This document shows, in pieces, positions 9,958 to 19,240 of a stretch of DNA of 64,000 nucleotides. The DNA lies in contig JBIJCR010000003.1 of NCBI GenBank assembly GCA_044344595.1, positions 5,960 through 69,959 on the forward strand. The letters are read 5' to 3'. Origin of the DNA: Terrimicrobiaceae bacterium. Its GTDB lineage: Bacteria > Verrucomicrobiota > Verrucomicrobiia > Chthoniobacterales > Terrimicrobiaceae. The translations under genes were made by a program, and so were the position numbers. The first letter of the stretch is position 1. The number at the start of each line of letters is the position of its first letter. The notes beneath the pieces are model-generated. The model had not been told where the DNA came from. It saw only the letters and a list, made by a program, of their open reading frames with translations, and did not search any database.

Positions 9958-12900
9958 ATGAATTACCGCCAGATGATGACTAGGGCCACTACGATTCTGG
10001 CCGCAGTGGCTCTGTCGCTGGCTACCCACGGCGCGGTGATGGCTGGTGTCACACCGTATCCTGCCCTTGCCCCCGACCTTTCCAGCTACGACGTGACAGC
10101 CGGCAGTACGGTGGTCCCGGTGGGCAAGCTCTGGCAGGAGCGGGGCGTGAAGTTCCCCGGGGAGGTGTATGACAAGCCTTCCTGGGCTCTGAGCGTTGCC
10201 CGCTTCGCTTCCGATCAGGGCTCGGTGCCCATCACGGTGACCGCATCCGAGCCGATTGTGCAATACCGTATCCAGCCTGACAGCCAGGGCATTTCCGCCA
10301 GCGTCAATGGCAACCAGTTGACCTTCACCCTTTCGGCGCCCACCAAGATCAAGTTGCAGATCAATAATTTGGAGGAGATGTACCTGTTCTATGATCCGCC
10401 GGAGGTCGGCGCCCCGCAGCTCGGCGATCCGGGCGTGACCAACGTGATGAGCTTTGTGATCGACAATACCGGTGCTACCAAGCAGACCGTGCAGGTTCAG
10501 GCCGCCCTCGATCATGTGCACCGGCAGGGCGGTGGCGTGCTTTACTTCCCTAACGGCACATACAAGGTCGGCCATCTGGACATCCGCAGCAACACCCATG
10601 TGTACCTGTCGCCCGGCGCGCTCATCCAAGGCTCGGGCGATTTCGCCGACTTTGAGTATGGTCGTGACTGGAATGACCAACTGATCGAGGGCCCGTTCAT
10701 CGGCATCAAGGACGCCCGGAATGTCAAAATCTCCGGCCGGGGTGTGATCGACGGCGCTGGCCGTGCCCTGCGCGACTGGCAGAACAACAACCCTTATTGG
10801 AACGGAACCAAGTGGACACTCACGCCCGGACGCAAAGCCAAAGCGATGCTGCTCCGCCCCCAGAGCAGCAGCAACATCGAGATCCGCGATGTCATTCTCC
10901 GCGATGCTTACACGTGGAACCTGCACATCCTCGATTCCGACTATGTCAACGTGGACAATGTGAAGATCATCAATGAACTGGGCGTAGCCGGCTGGTGGTT
11001 CAACTCGGGCGACATGTGGAACACCTGCGACGGCATCGACATCGACTCCTCCAGCCACATCACCATCAATGACTGTTTCATTCGCGGCGGCGATGACTGC
11101 ATCTCGATCAAGCCCGCCACCGATCGGTATGGTTTGGCCCGGTCCCTGGTCACCGACATCGATGTGACCAATACCACCGTCGAAGGCTGGAACTACTTCA
11201 AGCTCGCCGAAAAAGTCGAAGGGCAGACCGTAACCGACATCCGCCTTATCAACTTCGACGGCATGACCAATATAAACGGCGGCGGCATCATGCTCGAGCG
11301 CGGCGGCGAGAAGATGCTCTACGACAACTGGCTCTTCGAGAACTTGCGCATGGACGAAGCCACCGATGCCTTTGTCATCTACACCCTCTCGCTTGGCGAT
11401 GCATCCGACTATGTTTACATGAGCAACTGGACGTTCCGAAATGTCACGCTTCCCAACTTCGACACCTCCAGCATACTGGGTTCCGACGAGACGCATACAA
11501 TTGCCGGCTTTTCCTTCGAGAACCTCGCCATCTCGGCAAAGGTGATCACCAATGCCGCTGAAGCGAACATCAGCGTCAACTCCTGGGCCAACATCACCTT
11601 CAGAAACGGCCAGGGAAATACCAACTCGTATTTCCATGAGGCCGAGAGCCTCCCTCGCACGGGGACCTTGTCCAGCAGTGTCGTCTCCGACGTCAACCGA
11701 AGTGGCGATGCGACCGTCCGGACGGCGCAGACCAGCGGTTCCGGCCAGTATGTCGAATTCGCCGTCAACGTGCCCGTCTCCGGCACCTATAAGGTCCTCG
11801 TGAATTACGAGGAGGGCGGCGACAAGGGCAGGTTCGATTTTGAGGTCGACGGCAACCAGATCGGCACCATCGACATGTACCAATATATCTCGCGATATTT
11901 CCCGCGCTTCGAGACCGGGGTGAGGGCCCGGGTGGCCGCATTCGATCATGTCACACTCGCCGCCGGAAGCCACACGTTCCGTTTTGTGCGCCTCGATTCC
12001 AATCCCGACAGCAGCGGAAATATCGGCGAATGGGACTGCTTCACGCTGGTTGCTGATGACGGGGTTCCGACCGTGCGCATGATGACGGGCGTCCACGGCG
12101 CCGCGGAATCCGGTCCGGTCGCCGGCTCCGCCATCGTCACGCGCACCAACAACGTTGGGGATCTCACTGTCTTCTACGAGGTTGCCGGCTCTGCCGTGAA
12201 CGGCATCGACTACCAGGCCCTCAGCGGTTCGCTGGTCATCCCCCACGGCCAGCACTCCGCTCCCATCACCATCGCCCCCATCGGAGACGACCTGAAGGAA
12301 GGTGTCGAAACCGTGCGTCTCACGCTCCGCGCCGGCGCCGGATATCGCCCGGCCATCCCATCGGGCGCATCCATCGATATCCTTGACCGCCTCGCTTCGC
12401 CTCTCGTGGGCATCGCCCCCGCCCAATCGAGTTTTGCCGAAAACGCCGGGCAGGGCGCTGTGCGAATCACCCGCCAGTCAACCGTCGGCGACCTCCTTGT
12501 CAGTTACGTTGTAGGCGGAACAGCCACCAGCGGTATCGATTTCCAGTCGCTTCCCCTCAGCGTGGTGATTCCAGCCGGCCAGTCGTTTGTCGATATCCCC
12601 GTCGTTGGCATCAGCGATACCGTCGTCGATCCGGATGAAGCCGTGGTCATCACCCTGGCCGCCGGCGCCTACACCGTGGTCGGCTCCGGTGCCGCTACGA
12701 TCCACATTGATGATGATGAGAATCCCGGAACACGCACCCGACTCGTCTCCTATGATGGCATCACCAACAACTACGCAACCACCAACCTGAACTTCAGCCG
12801 CACGCCCTCGGTGGTGGTCGGTGATTACGATGGTGATGCCGCCGGCGACGATGTGCGTCACACCGTCGCCTTCAGCTCTGCCGCCCCCCTCAACCCCGCC

Positions 12901-14880
12901 TCCGGCTACTCGGGTCCCGCTTTCTACGGCGGCTTCCTCGGCGAACGGATCAACAGCACCGGTGGCGCCGGCATGCTGGCCCGGGTGAGGGCCACCACCA
13001 TGGCGAATCTGACTGACAGCCCTTACGTCAGCTTATCCAACAGCGCCGCCAGCCGCAACGGCCTCTACGGACTGATCTACTTTCCCACCGACTCCAGCAC
13101 CTTCGATCAATACTCCACCCTCGAATTGGGCACCATAGCCCGCGCTAACGTCGATCTCCGCTGGCTTGTCCGAGAGGGGAACCAGTTCTGGGTCTCCAAG
13201 CAGACCATGGGTGAAACAGGGGCGATCCGTGCCACACTCACCTTTGACAGCGATGGTCCCGACGGCTATTGGGCGCCATACGATCCGGCCGCCAACCTCA
13301 ACTTCAACGAAGCCCAGGCTTTCCAGCTGAAACAGTTCTACGACATCACTGCGGTTGGCTACCTTGTCGACACCTCGGACTCGCAGAATCTGGTCCGGAC
13401 TGCCGAATGCGGATTCTTCGCTGCAACCGGCCTCGTCAACGCGCCGACCACGCAGACTCTCTCCCTTTCGGTCATCGACGCCATAGCTTCCGAAGTCGCC
13501 TCCGACCCCGGACAGTTCCAGTTCACCCGCTCCGACACCAACGGCGATCTGGTAATCGATTACGTCCTCGCCGGCACGGCGCGCAACGCCGATGATTATA
13601 TCACTCTTCCGGGATCGGTGACCATTCCCAATGGCCAGTCTGTCGCCACTGTGATGGTCACTCCACTCGAAGACGCCGTCATCGAAGGTATTGAAAGCGT
13701 TTCCCTCGCCTACGCCCGCCTGAGCAATCCCGCCTATCATGTCATCAACGGTCAGGTTGCACTGGACATACAGGACGGCCAATACCAGCCGACAGTTCCC
13801 TCCATCATCCTCACCGCCACCGATGCCAGTGCGGCCGAGGCTGCACAGGAACCCGGCGTCTTCTCTGTCACCCGCGCCGGTGGTATTGCTGGCGACCTGA
13901 CCGTCAACTACACCATTGGCGGCACGGCGACCAACGGCACGGATTACAGCACGATCTCGGGCTCGGTGGTGATCCCGGACGGTCAGACCTCTGCCACCAT
14001 CACGATCAGCCCAGTCGATGACAGTCTCATCGAGGGCAGTGAGACCGTGACGCTGACCCTGGCCGCAGGCTCGGGTTACACGATCGGCGCCCAGAGCAGC
14101 CATGCGGTGATGATCGTTGACAATAAAGTCTACGAAATTCCGGTCGCGAGCATTGCCTCGAGCGGTGCTGTCGCATTCGAGGCCGGCGGCGATCCAGGCG
14201 CATTCACGGTGACACGCAGCGGTGCGAGGGCCGGAGCACTGACGGTGTTCTACACGATCAGCGGCACGGCCAGCAACGGCACGGATTACACCGCGATCTC
14301 GGGTTCGGTGGTGATCCCGGACGGTCAGACCTCTGCCACCATCACGATCGCCCCCGTCGATGACAGCCTCATCGAGGGCAGTGAGACCGTGACGCTGACC
14401 CTGGCCGCCGGGGCGGGTTACGCAATCGGCGCGCAAAGCAGTTATACGGTGACCATCGCCGACAACGACTCCGACGTGCCCCTATCGTCCATTGAGAGTT
14501 GGCGCCAACTGTACTTCGGTGCACCCGACAACACCGGCGATGGGGCGGATCTCAACGACTTCGACCAGGACGGCATCCAGAACCTGTTGGAATTCGCCTT
14601 CGGCCTGGATCCGAAACAGAACAGCACTGGACAAATCCCCACGCCGCAAGAGACCGGCGGCAACTTCGTATTAGCCTTCACCCAACCAGCCGATGTCGCC
14701 GGCATAACCTATGGCGCGGAATGGAGCGAAACGCTGGCACCCGGAAGTTGGACCGACGTACCCGACACCGGCAATACCGCGGCATCCCCACCAGAGCACA
14801 TCTTCAGCGTGCCCGTCGGCACCAAGACAAACCTCTTCATGCGGCTGAAAGTGACCAATCCGGTTTCCTTAAGCCCATAA
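9958..14880 (+). CDS. Giant secreted right-handed beta-helix glycosidase (GH28-like) with CBM-like domain and five Calx-beta domains
   Basis: The track ORF begins at TTG 9934, but ATG 9958 gives a signal peptide (MNYRQMMTRATTILAAVALSLATHGAVMA). GH28-type motifs are NTCDGIDID (about 11021-11047) and GGDDCISIK (about 11086-11112). A CBM6/35-like block follows (HEAESLPRTG...GTYKVLVNYEEGGDKGRFDFEVDG). There are five G-DL-V-Y...G-A--G-DY...G-(V/L)-IP-GQ Calx-beta units and a C-terminal DxDxDG module. Confidence 0.85.
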   Translation: MNYRQMMTRATTILAAVALSLATHGAVMAGVTPYPALAPDLSSYDVTAGSTVVPVGKLWQERGVKFPGEVYDKPSWALSVARFASDQGSVPITVTASEPIVQYRIQPDSQGISASVNGNQLTFTLSAPTKIKLQINNLEEMYLFYDPPEVGAPQLGDPGVTNVMSFVIDNTGATKQTVQVQAALDHVHRQGGGVLYFPNGTYKVGHLDIRSNTHVYLSPGALIQGSGDFADFEYGRDWNDQLIEGPFIGIKDARNVKISGRGVIDGAGRALRDWQNNNPYWNGTKWTLTPGRKAKAMLLRPQSSSNIEIRDVILRDAYTWNLHILDSDYVNVDNVKIINELGVAGWWFNSGDMWNTCDGIDIDSSSHITINDCFIRGGDDCISIKPATDRYGLARSLVTDIDVTNTTVEGWNYFKLAEKVEGQTVTDIRLINFDGMTNINGGGIMLERGGEKMLYDNWLFENLRMDEATDAFVIYTLSLGDASDYVYMSNWTFRNVTLPNFDTSSILGSDETHTIAGFSFENLAISAKVITNAAEANISVNSWANITFRNGQGNTNSYFHEAESLPRTGTLSSSVVSDVNRSGDATVRTAQTSGSGQYVEFAVNVPVSGTYKVLVNYEEGGDKGRFDFEVDGNQIGTIDMYQYISRYFPRFETGVRARVAAFDHVTLAAGSHTFRFVRLDSNPDSSGNIGEWDCFTLVADDGVPTVRMMTGVHGAAESGPVAGSAIVTRTNNVGDLTVFYEVAGSAVNGIDYQALSGSLVIPHGQHSAPITIAPIGDDLKEGVETVRLTLRAGAGYRPAIPSGASIDILDRLASPLVGIAPAQSSFAENAGQGAVRITRQSTVGDLLVSYVVGGTATSGIDFQSLPLSVVIPAGQSFVDIPVVGISDTVVDPDEAVVITLAAGAYTVVGSGAATIHIDDDENPGTRTRLVSYDGITNNYATTNLNFSRTPSVVVGDYDGDAAGDDVRHTVAFSSAAPLNPASGYSGPAFYGGFLGERINSTGGAGMLARVRATTMANLTDSPYVSLSNSAASRNGLYGLIYFPTDSSTFDQYSTLELGTIARANVDLRWLVREGNQFWVSKQTMGETGAIRATLTFDSDGPDGYWAPYDPAANLNFNEAQAFQLKQFYDITAVGYLVDTSDSQNLVRTAECGFFAATGLVNAPTTQTLSLSVIDAIASEVASDPGQFQFTRSDTNGDLVIDYVLAGTARNADDYITLPGSVTIPNGQSVATVMVTPLEDAVIEGIESVSLAYARLSNPAYHVINGQVALDIQDGQYQPTVPSIILTATDASAAEAAQEPGVFSVTRAGGIAGDLTVNYTIGGTATNGTDYSTISGSVVIPDGQTSATITISPVDDSLIEGSETVTLTLAAGSGYTIGAQSSHAVMIVDNKVYEIPVASIASSGAVAFEAGGDPGAFTVTRSGARAGALTVFYTISGTASNGTDYTAISGSVVIPDGQTSATITIAPVDDSLIEGSETVTLTLAAGAGYAIGAQSSYTVTIADNDSDVPLSSIESWRQLYFGAPDNTGDGADLNDFDQDGIQNLLEFAFGLDPKQNSTGQIPTPQETGGNFVLAFTQPADVAGITYGAEWSETLAPGSWTDVPDTGNTAASPPEHIFSVPVGTKTNLFMRLKVTNPVSLSP

Positions 14881-15037
14881 ACGGATTTTTAGACAGGAGG
14901 GCAGGATGGAGATGATTGACAGGAAAGGCTTTGGCTTTTGTTTGATATCGCACAAATCATTTCAAACCCATCGCATCATAAACAGATCATCCTCTGTGTT
15001 CTCTGTGCGCTCTGTGGTTAATTCTGCTGTATTCGGG
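14874..15037 (+). mobile_element. 164-bp MITE-like element, copy A
   Basis: Near-identical to the copies at 46910..47073 (+), 55877..56040 (-) and 59426..59589 (-). Its left end (cccATAAacgg) is mutated relative to the consensus cccgaaaacgg and contains the TAA stop (14878-14880) of the upstream gene. The flanks TTAAG and TTCAA do not match. Confidence 0.55.
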
Positions 15038-15355
15038 TTCAACGATCGCAAGAGAGTGTGTACCAATAGCTGTGTGGTTTGTGACTCTCGTTCAGATTGT
15101 GCTAGGGGTTGATCCTATGGGTCTTGGGAGTAAGTACCTCCTCAGATCGGTAGGCTCCCAAGAGCCGGATGCGCGCGAATATGTGCTGCTGAAGGCCCTT
15201 GGTAGGCTTTGTGCGGAGCACCACCTCCCCTATGTTGTGGTGATGTCGTAGGCCAATGCCGCGACGTTTACATCATCTACGCCACCTTTTTCAGCAGTAA
15301 GCGTTGCGCTGAATTAGCTGCTGGCAATGATAGGGATTTCCGAATACAGTGATCT

Positions 15356-16717
15356 TCAATCCTCCAAGAGGGACTGCCCATGGGTGGAAATAATCTGCTG
15401 GTACCATCGCGCCGAGTCCTTCGGAATGCGGCGACCGGTAGGATAATCCACATAGACCAAGCCGAAGCGGCGTTTATAGCCGAAGGCCCACTCAAAGTTG
15501 TCCATGATCGACCACTGGAAGTAGCCGAGCGCCCCGACTCCATCGCCGAGAGCACGATGGAACTCGCGCAGATAACGTTTGAGAAAGTCGATCCTCTGAG
15601 GGTCGTGTACCTGTCCGTCGGTGCTGATCCAATCGGTATTGGCCATGCCGTTTTCAGTGATTACGATAGGTTTGGCGTAGCGCTCCCAAGTGAAGCGCGG
15701 TCCCCAATACAGTGACTGTGGTGTCACTGACCATTCCATCGCTGTCTGGGCATATCCGATTGGACCGGGGACCCTCTCTGGGCGACCGTCATCACCGGCA
15801 CGGACAACGGAGCAGTTGTAGATGTTCAGGCCACAGAAATCGACAGGTTGGGAGATAGTCTCCATCTCGCCGGCTTTGATGCGTGGCATGTCGGAGCCGA
15901 TGGCCTGCACAGCTTCTTCGGGATAGCGGCCCAGAAAGACTGGATCCGTCCACAGGGCCAAGTTCCAGGTATCCCGTGTGGCATCGTGAAACATGAGCCG
16001 CCGTGCTGCCTCGATGTCGGCGGCGGTGTCGGTGGCTGGGGCGAAGATACCGCCGCAGGGCGCAAAACCGATAATCGGAGTGGTCCGTGCGCGTGCACGA
16101 ATCATTTGCACCGATCGGCCGTGGGCCAGAAGCGCGTGGTGGCCGGCAAGCAGGACCTCAGCCACACCGAGTCGGTCGCCAGGCGCATGTTGGCCGCTCT
16201 GCAGGCCGAGGCCAATGAAACAGGCCGGTTCATTGAGTGTCATCCAATGCTGCACCCGATCCGAGAGTTTATCGACAACCACCTGCGTGTAGTCGGCGAA
16301 CCACTGCGTGCTGTCAGGGTTGAGCCATCCGCCGCGCAGGTAGAGCTCGTATGGGAAATCCCAGTGGAAGAGGGTGACCCAAGGCTGGATGCCGGCTGCG
16401 AGAAGGGCGTCCACGAGGCGGTCGTAGAAGGCCAGTCCCTTGAGGTTGACTGCACCAGTTCCCTCGGGTAGGATTCTTGGCCAAGAGACCGAAAGGCGAT
16501 AAGCCTGTAACCCCATAGTCTTCATGATCTCGACATCCTCCTGCCAGTGGTGGTAGTGGTCGCAGCCTACTTCGCCGGTGTGCCCGTCCATGATCTTGCC
16601 GGGTGTCCGGCACATCATGTCCCAGACTGATAGGCCACGGCCGTCTTCATTCGCGGCCCCTTCCACTTGGTAACTGGCAGCGGCCGCACCCCAGACAAAA
16701 TTTTTTGGAAAATTCAT
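15356..16717 (-). CDS. GH1 beta-glucosidase
   Basis: 453 aa. Carries NFPKNFVWGAAAASYQVEGA, the acid/base motif TLNEP and the nucleophile motif ITENG. No signal peptide. Confidence 0.95.
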   Translation of the reverse strand: MNFPKNFVWGAAAASYQVEGAANEDGRGLSVWDMMCRTPGKIMDGHTGEVGCDHYHHWQEDVEIMKTMGLQAYRLSVSWPRILPEGTGAVNLKGLAFYDRLVDALLAAGIQPWVTLFHWDFPYELYLRGGWLNPDSTQWFADYTQVVVDKLSDRVQHWMTLNEPACFIGLGLQSGQHAPGDRLGVAEVLLAGHHALLAHGRSVQMIRARARTTPIIGFAPCGGIFAPATDTAADIEAARRLMFHDATRDTWNLALWTDPVFLGRYPEEAVQAIGSDMPRIKAGEMETISQPVDFCGLNIYNCSVVRAGDDGRPERVPGPIGYAQTAMEWSVTPQSLYWGPRFTWERYAKPIVITENGMANTDWISTDGQVHDPQRIDFLKRYLREFHRALGDGVGALGYFQWSIMDNFEWAFGYKRRFGLVYVDYPTGRRIPKDSARWYQQIISTHGQSLLED

Positions 16718-16770
16718 GATTGTGGTTTCTTTTATGAAATGAGGTTAAACGCGATCTGTCTTATATGCTC

Positions 16771-19182
16771 CTATGACGACTGTCCACATTCGTGGAATGT
16801 CGTTAATGCACCACCAACCCACCGTGGCGTCACGATGACGTTGGGAATCTGACCTAAGGTCAGGGAATACTGTCCGAGTCGACGGATTAGCACTGCATTG
16901 ATTGAGTGCCCGTTGATCGTAAAGTCAAGCCGGCGTTCGCCATCAGCATCTAGCGGCGTGAGCACCAACTCCACTTTATGGTCGGGGGCGTCGCCGACCC
17001 ACTGGTGAACATCACCCAGTGGCACGATCGCGCCCTCGCGCAGCCAGAGCGGGATGCGGTCGAGCGCGGCCTCGGCCTCGATCCAGCGGCCTCCGGCGGT
17101 GGCAGCACCGGTCCACCAGTCGTACCAGGTGCCTGGTGGCAGGTACACAGTGCGGCGGAGACCGGCATCCATTATCGGCGCCACTAACAGGTCGCGACCG
17201 AAAAGCCACTGGTCGTCCACCCGCCAGCCGTTGCGGTCGCCCTGGAAATCGAGGACCAGAGGCCGGGCCAGCGGCAGGCCGGCAGCGGCGGAGAACTGTG
17301 ACTGGGCCAGAATATATGGCAGCAGCCGATAGCGCAGCTCGAGAAACTCGCGTGCGATGCGGATGGTCTCGGGCGCGAAGCGGTCGAGTTCACGAATGCC
17401 ACCGCCGTGCACGCGTGAGTGCGAGAGGAAAAGGCCGGCCTGCATCCAGCGCAGTAGCAGGTGGTCGTTGGTGTCGCCGAGGAAGCCACCGATATCCTGG
17501 CTCCAGAAGGTGAATCCCGAGAGGCCCAGCGATAGGCCTCCGCGCATCTGCGGGGCGAGGTTGTGCCAGTTTGGGCTGTTGTCCCCACCCCAAGGCACGG
17601 GATGGCGCTGTGAACCAGCCCAGCCCGAACGGTGCCAGACCTGACCACCGCCAGTGACTTCCTTGGTGACCTCGCTGGCCGCCAGATTATAGAGAAGGGG
17701 ATAGAGGTTGTGCATGCGGTGCGCCGGAGTACCGTCGTGCCAGACGCCATCGGCGGGCGCATCCTCGCCGAAATCGGTCTTGATCACCATCACGCCGAGC
17801 TGGAAGAGACGGCGCAGGCGCTCCTGGTAGATCCGGGTCGCCGCGGGATTGGTGAAGTCGATGATCCCGACCGTGCCCTTGAAGCCGGGGGTGAAGCAGA
17901 TCCCGACGTTGTAGATCGAGCCGTCCGGGCGCTTCACGAAGCCATCCACCGCCTTGAGTTCGTCGTAGTAGGCGTTGCCCTCGGGGACGTAGGGCAGCTG
18001 CCACAGGCAGATCTTGAAGCCGCGGCGTTTCATCTCGGCGAGATAGGCGGCCGGATCGGGGAAGCGATCCCTGGCGAACTCGAGGTTGCAGTACCAGTCG
18101 CGTTCGAACCAGAAGGTATCGAGGTGGATCACGTCACAGGGGATGCGTTGGGCGCGCAGGCGCTCGGCGATGTCGAGGGTCTCATCCGCAGCTTTATAGC
18201 TGATCTTCGACTGCCAATAGCCGAAGGTCCAGTCCGGCGGCACGTCGCCGCGTCCGGTCAGTGCCGTGTACTGACCGAGGATCTCGGAAATCGAGCCGGT
18301 GAATATGTAGTAGTCGAGGAAGTCCTCGTCGAATGCCAGTTGGATGTCGCAGCTCGAGAGCGAGCCGACCCAAGCGGTGCCGGCACTGGAATGGTTGAAA
18401 AAGGCGCCCCAACCTCCAGTCGTGACAAGGAACGGCACGTTTTTGTAAGCCCGGGGGGTGGTGGTTCCGAGCGCGTCGCGTTGCCATAACTCGACGGTCT
18501 GGCCGACCAGGTCGAGGCTGGGAGCGAAGCGCTCACCCAAGCCATACACCGCCTCGCCGGGGCGGAGATCAAAGCACTCGTGTGCCACTGGCCGACCGTC
18601 GTGCCGCTGCGAGACGCCCAGGGAATAGGCGTCCCAGTTGCTGAAATGGTCCTTCTCGCGACCGCCGATCCCGCAGATCATGCTACCATCCGTGCGGCGC
18701 AGCTCGATGCGCAACGGGTCGAGGCCGACGAGTACCCGTATCCCAGCGCCGTCGAGGGCCACGGCCGCGCCGCTGCCGGGCGCCTCTCCCAGCCAAGGAG
18801 CAGGGCGCATGCCGGCGTCCAGGCGCAGGCCGTCGAGATGGGCGCAGGCCGTCGGCGGCGGCAGGGCGCCGATGACCATCGGGTTCGGGTTGGCAGGCAC
18901 TGAGTCGCCGAGAGCATGGCGCACCCGGATGCACCCATCCGACACCAAGTCGATGCGCAGGGTGCCAGTGATGGGCTGGCCGACTTTGAGACCCTGCTGG
19001 TCCATCATCGCGGAGTCCGCCGACGACAGGGCGGTCTTGGCCTTGGCAAGGGCGGTGGTGCGCAGGACGACCGCCTGCGGTTCCCGCGCTACCACCTCGG
19101 CACTGGCGACGGATGCGCGAATCACTGTCTTGTCGGCGATGGCGCGGGTGGGAAGTGCTGTTTCGTTCGTATTGTAGCTCAT
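16771..19182 (-). CDS. GH31 alpha-xylosidase/alpha-glucosidase-like
   Basis: Motifs VIKTDFGE and VPWGGDN resemble YicI-type GH31. The track ORF extends to 19362 and overlaps the upstream gene. ATG at 19182 (MSYNTNET) is the first start that avoids that overlap. Confidence 0.88.
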   Translation of the reverse strand: MSYNTNETALPTRAIADKTVIRASVASAEVVAREPQAVVLRTTALAKAKTALSSADSAMMDQQGLKVGQPITGTLRIDLVSDGCIRVRHALGDSVPANPNPMVIGALPPPTACAHLDGLRLDAGMRPAPWLGEAPGSGAAVALDGAGIRVLVGLDPLRIELRRTDGSMICGIGGREKDHFSNWDAYSLGVSQRHDGRPVAHECFDLRPGEAVYGLGERFAPSLDLVGQTVELWQRDALGTTTPRAYKNVPFLVTTGGWGAFFNHSSAGTAWVGSLSSCDIQLAFDEDFLDYYIFTGSISEILGQYTALTGRGDVPPDWTFGYWQSKISYKAADETLDIAERLRAQRIPCDVIHLDTFWFERDWYCNLEFARDRFPDPAAYLAEMKRRGFKICLWQLPYVPEGNAYYDELKAVDGFVKRPDGSIYNVGICFTPGFKGTVGIIDFTNPAATRIYQERLRRLFQLGVMVIKTDFGEDAPADGVWHDGTPAHRMHNLYPLLYNLAASEVTKEVTGGGQVWHRSGWAGSQRHPVPWGGDNSPNWHNLAPQMRGGLSLGLSGFTFWSQDIGGFLGDTNDHLLLRWMQAGLFLSHSRVHGGGIRELDRFAPETIRIAREFLELRYRLLPYILAQSQFSAAAGLPLARPLVLDFQGDRNGWRVDDQWLFGRDLLVAPIMDAGLRRTVYLPPGTWYDWWTGAATAGGRWIEAEAALDRIPLWLREGAIVPLGDVHQWVGDAPDHKVELVLTPLDADGERRLDFTINGHSINAVLIRRLGQYSLTLGQIPNVIVTPRWVGGALTTFHECGQSS

Positions 19183-19240
19183 GATGGGATTTTGTCTCGG
19201 CTGCGGGTCTGGAAATGGGATTTCAAGTCGGCATGAGGGC

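Noticed and set aside
9871-12426. 851-aa minus-strand ORF, plus 13033..14436 (467 aa), opposite the Calx-beta glycosidase gene.
   Set aside because: Same artefact. The plus-strand frame carries GH28-like and Calx-beta motifs, while the antisense products are low-complexity and G/D/A/V-rich.
14992-15016. Whether the short phased CTCTGTG repeats, or the recurring 164-bp units, could be a CRISPR array.
   Set aside because: The heptamers are far too short. The 164-bp copies are dispersed kilobases apart in both orientations. There are no regular repeat-spacer units and no cas genes.
15122-15163. 9-bp inverted repeat (tcttgggag / ctcccaaga, 24-nt loop) between the convergent Calx-beta and GH1 genes; considered as a bidirectional terminator.
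   Set aside because: The loop is large, there is no U-tract on either strand, and it occurs only once. Support is insufficient for a terminator call.
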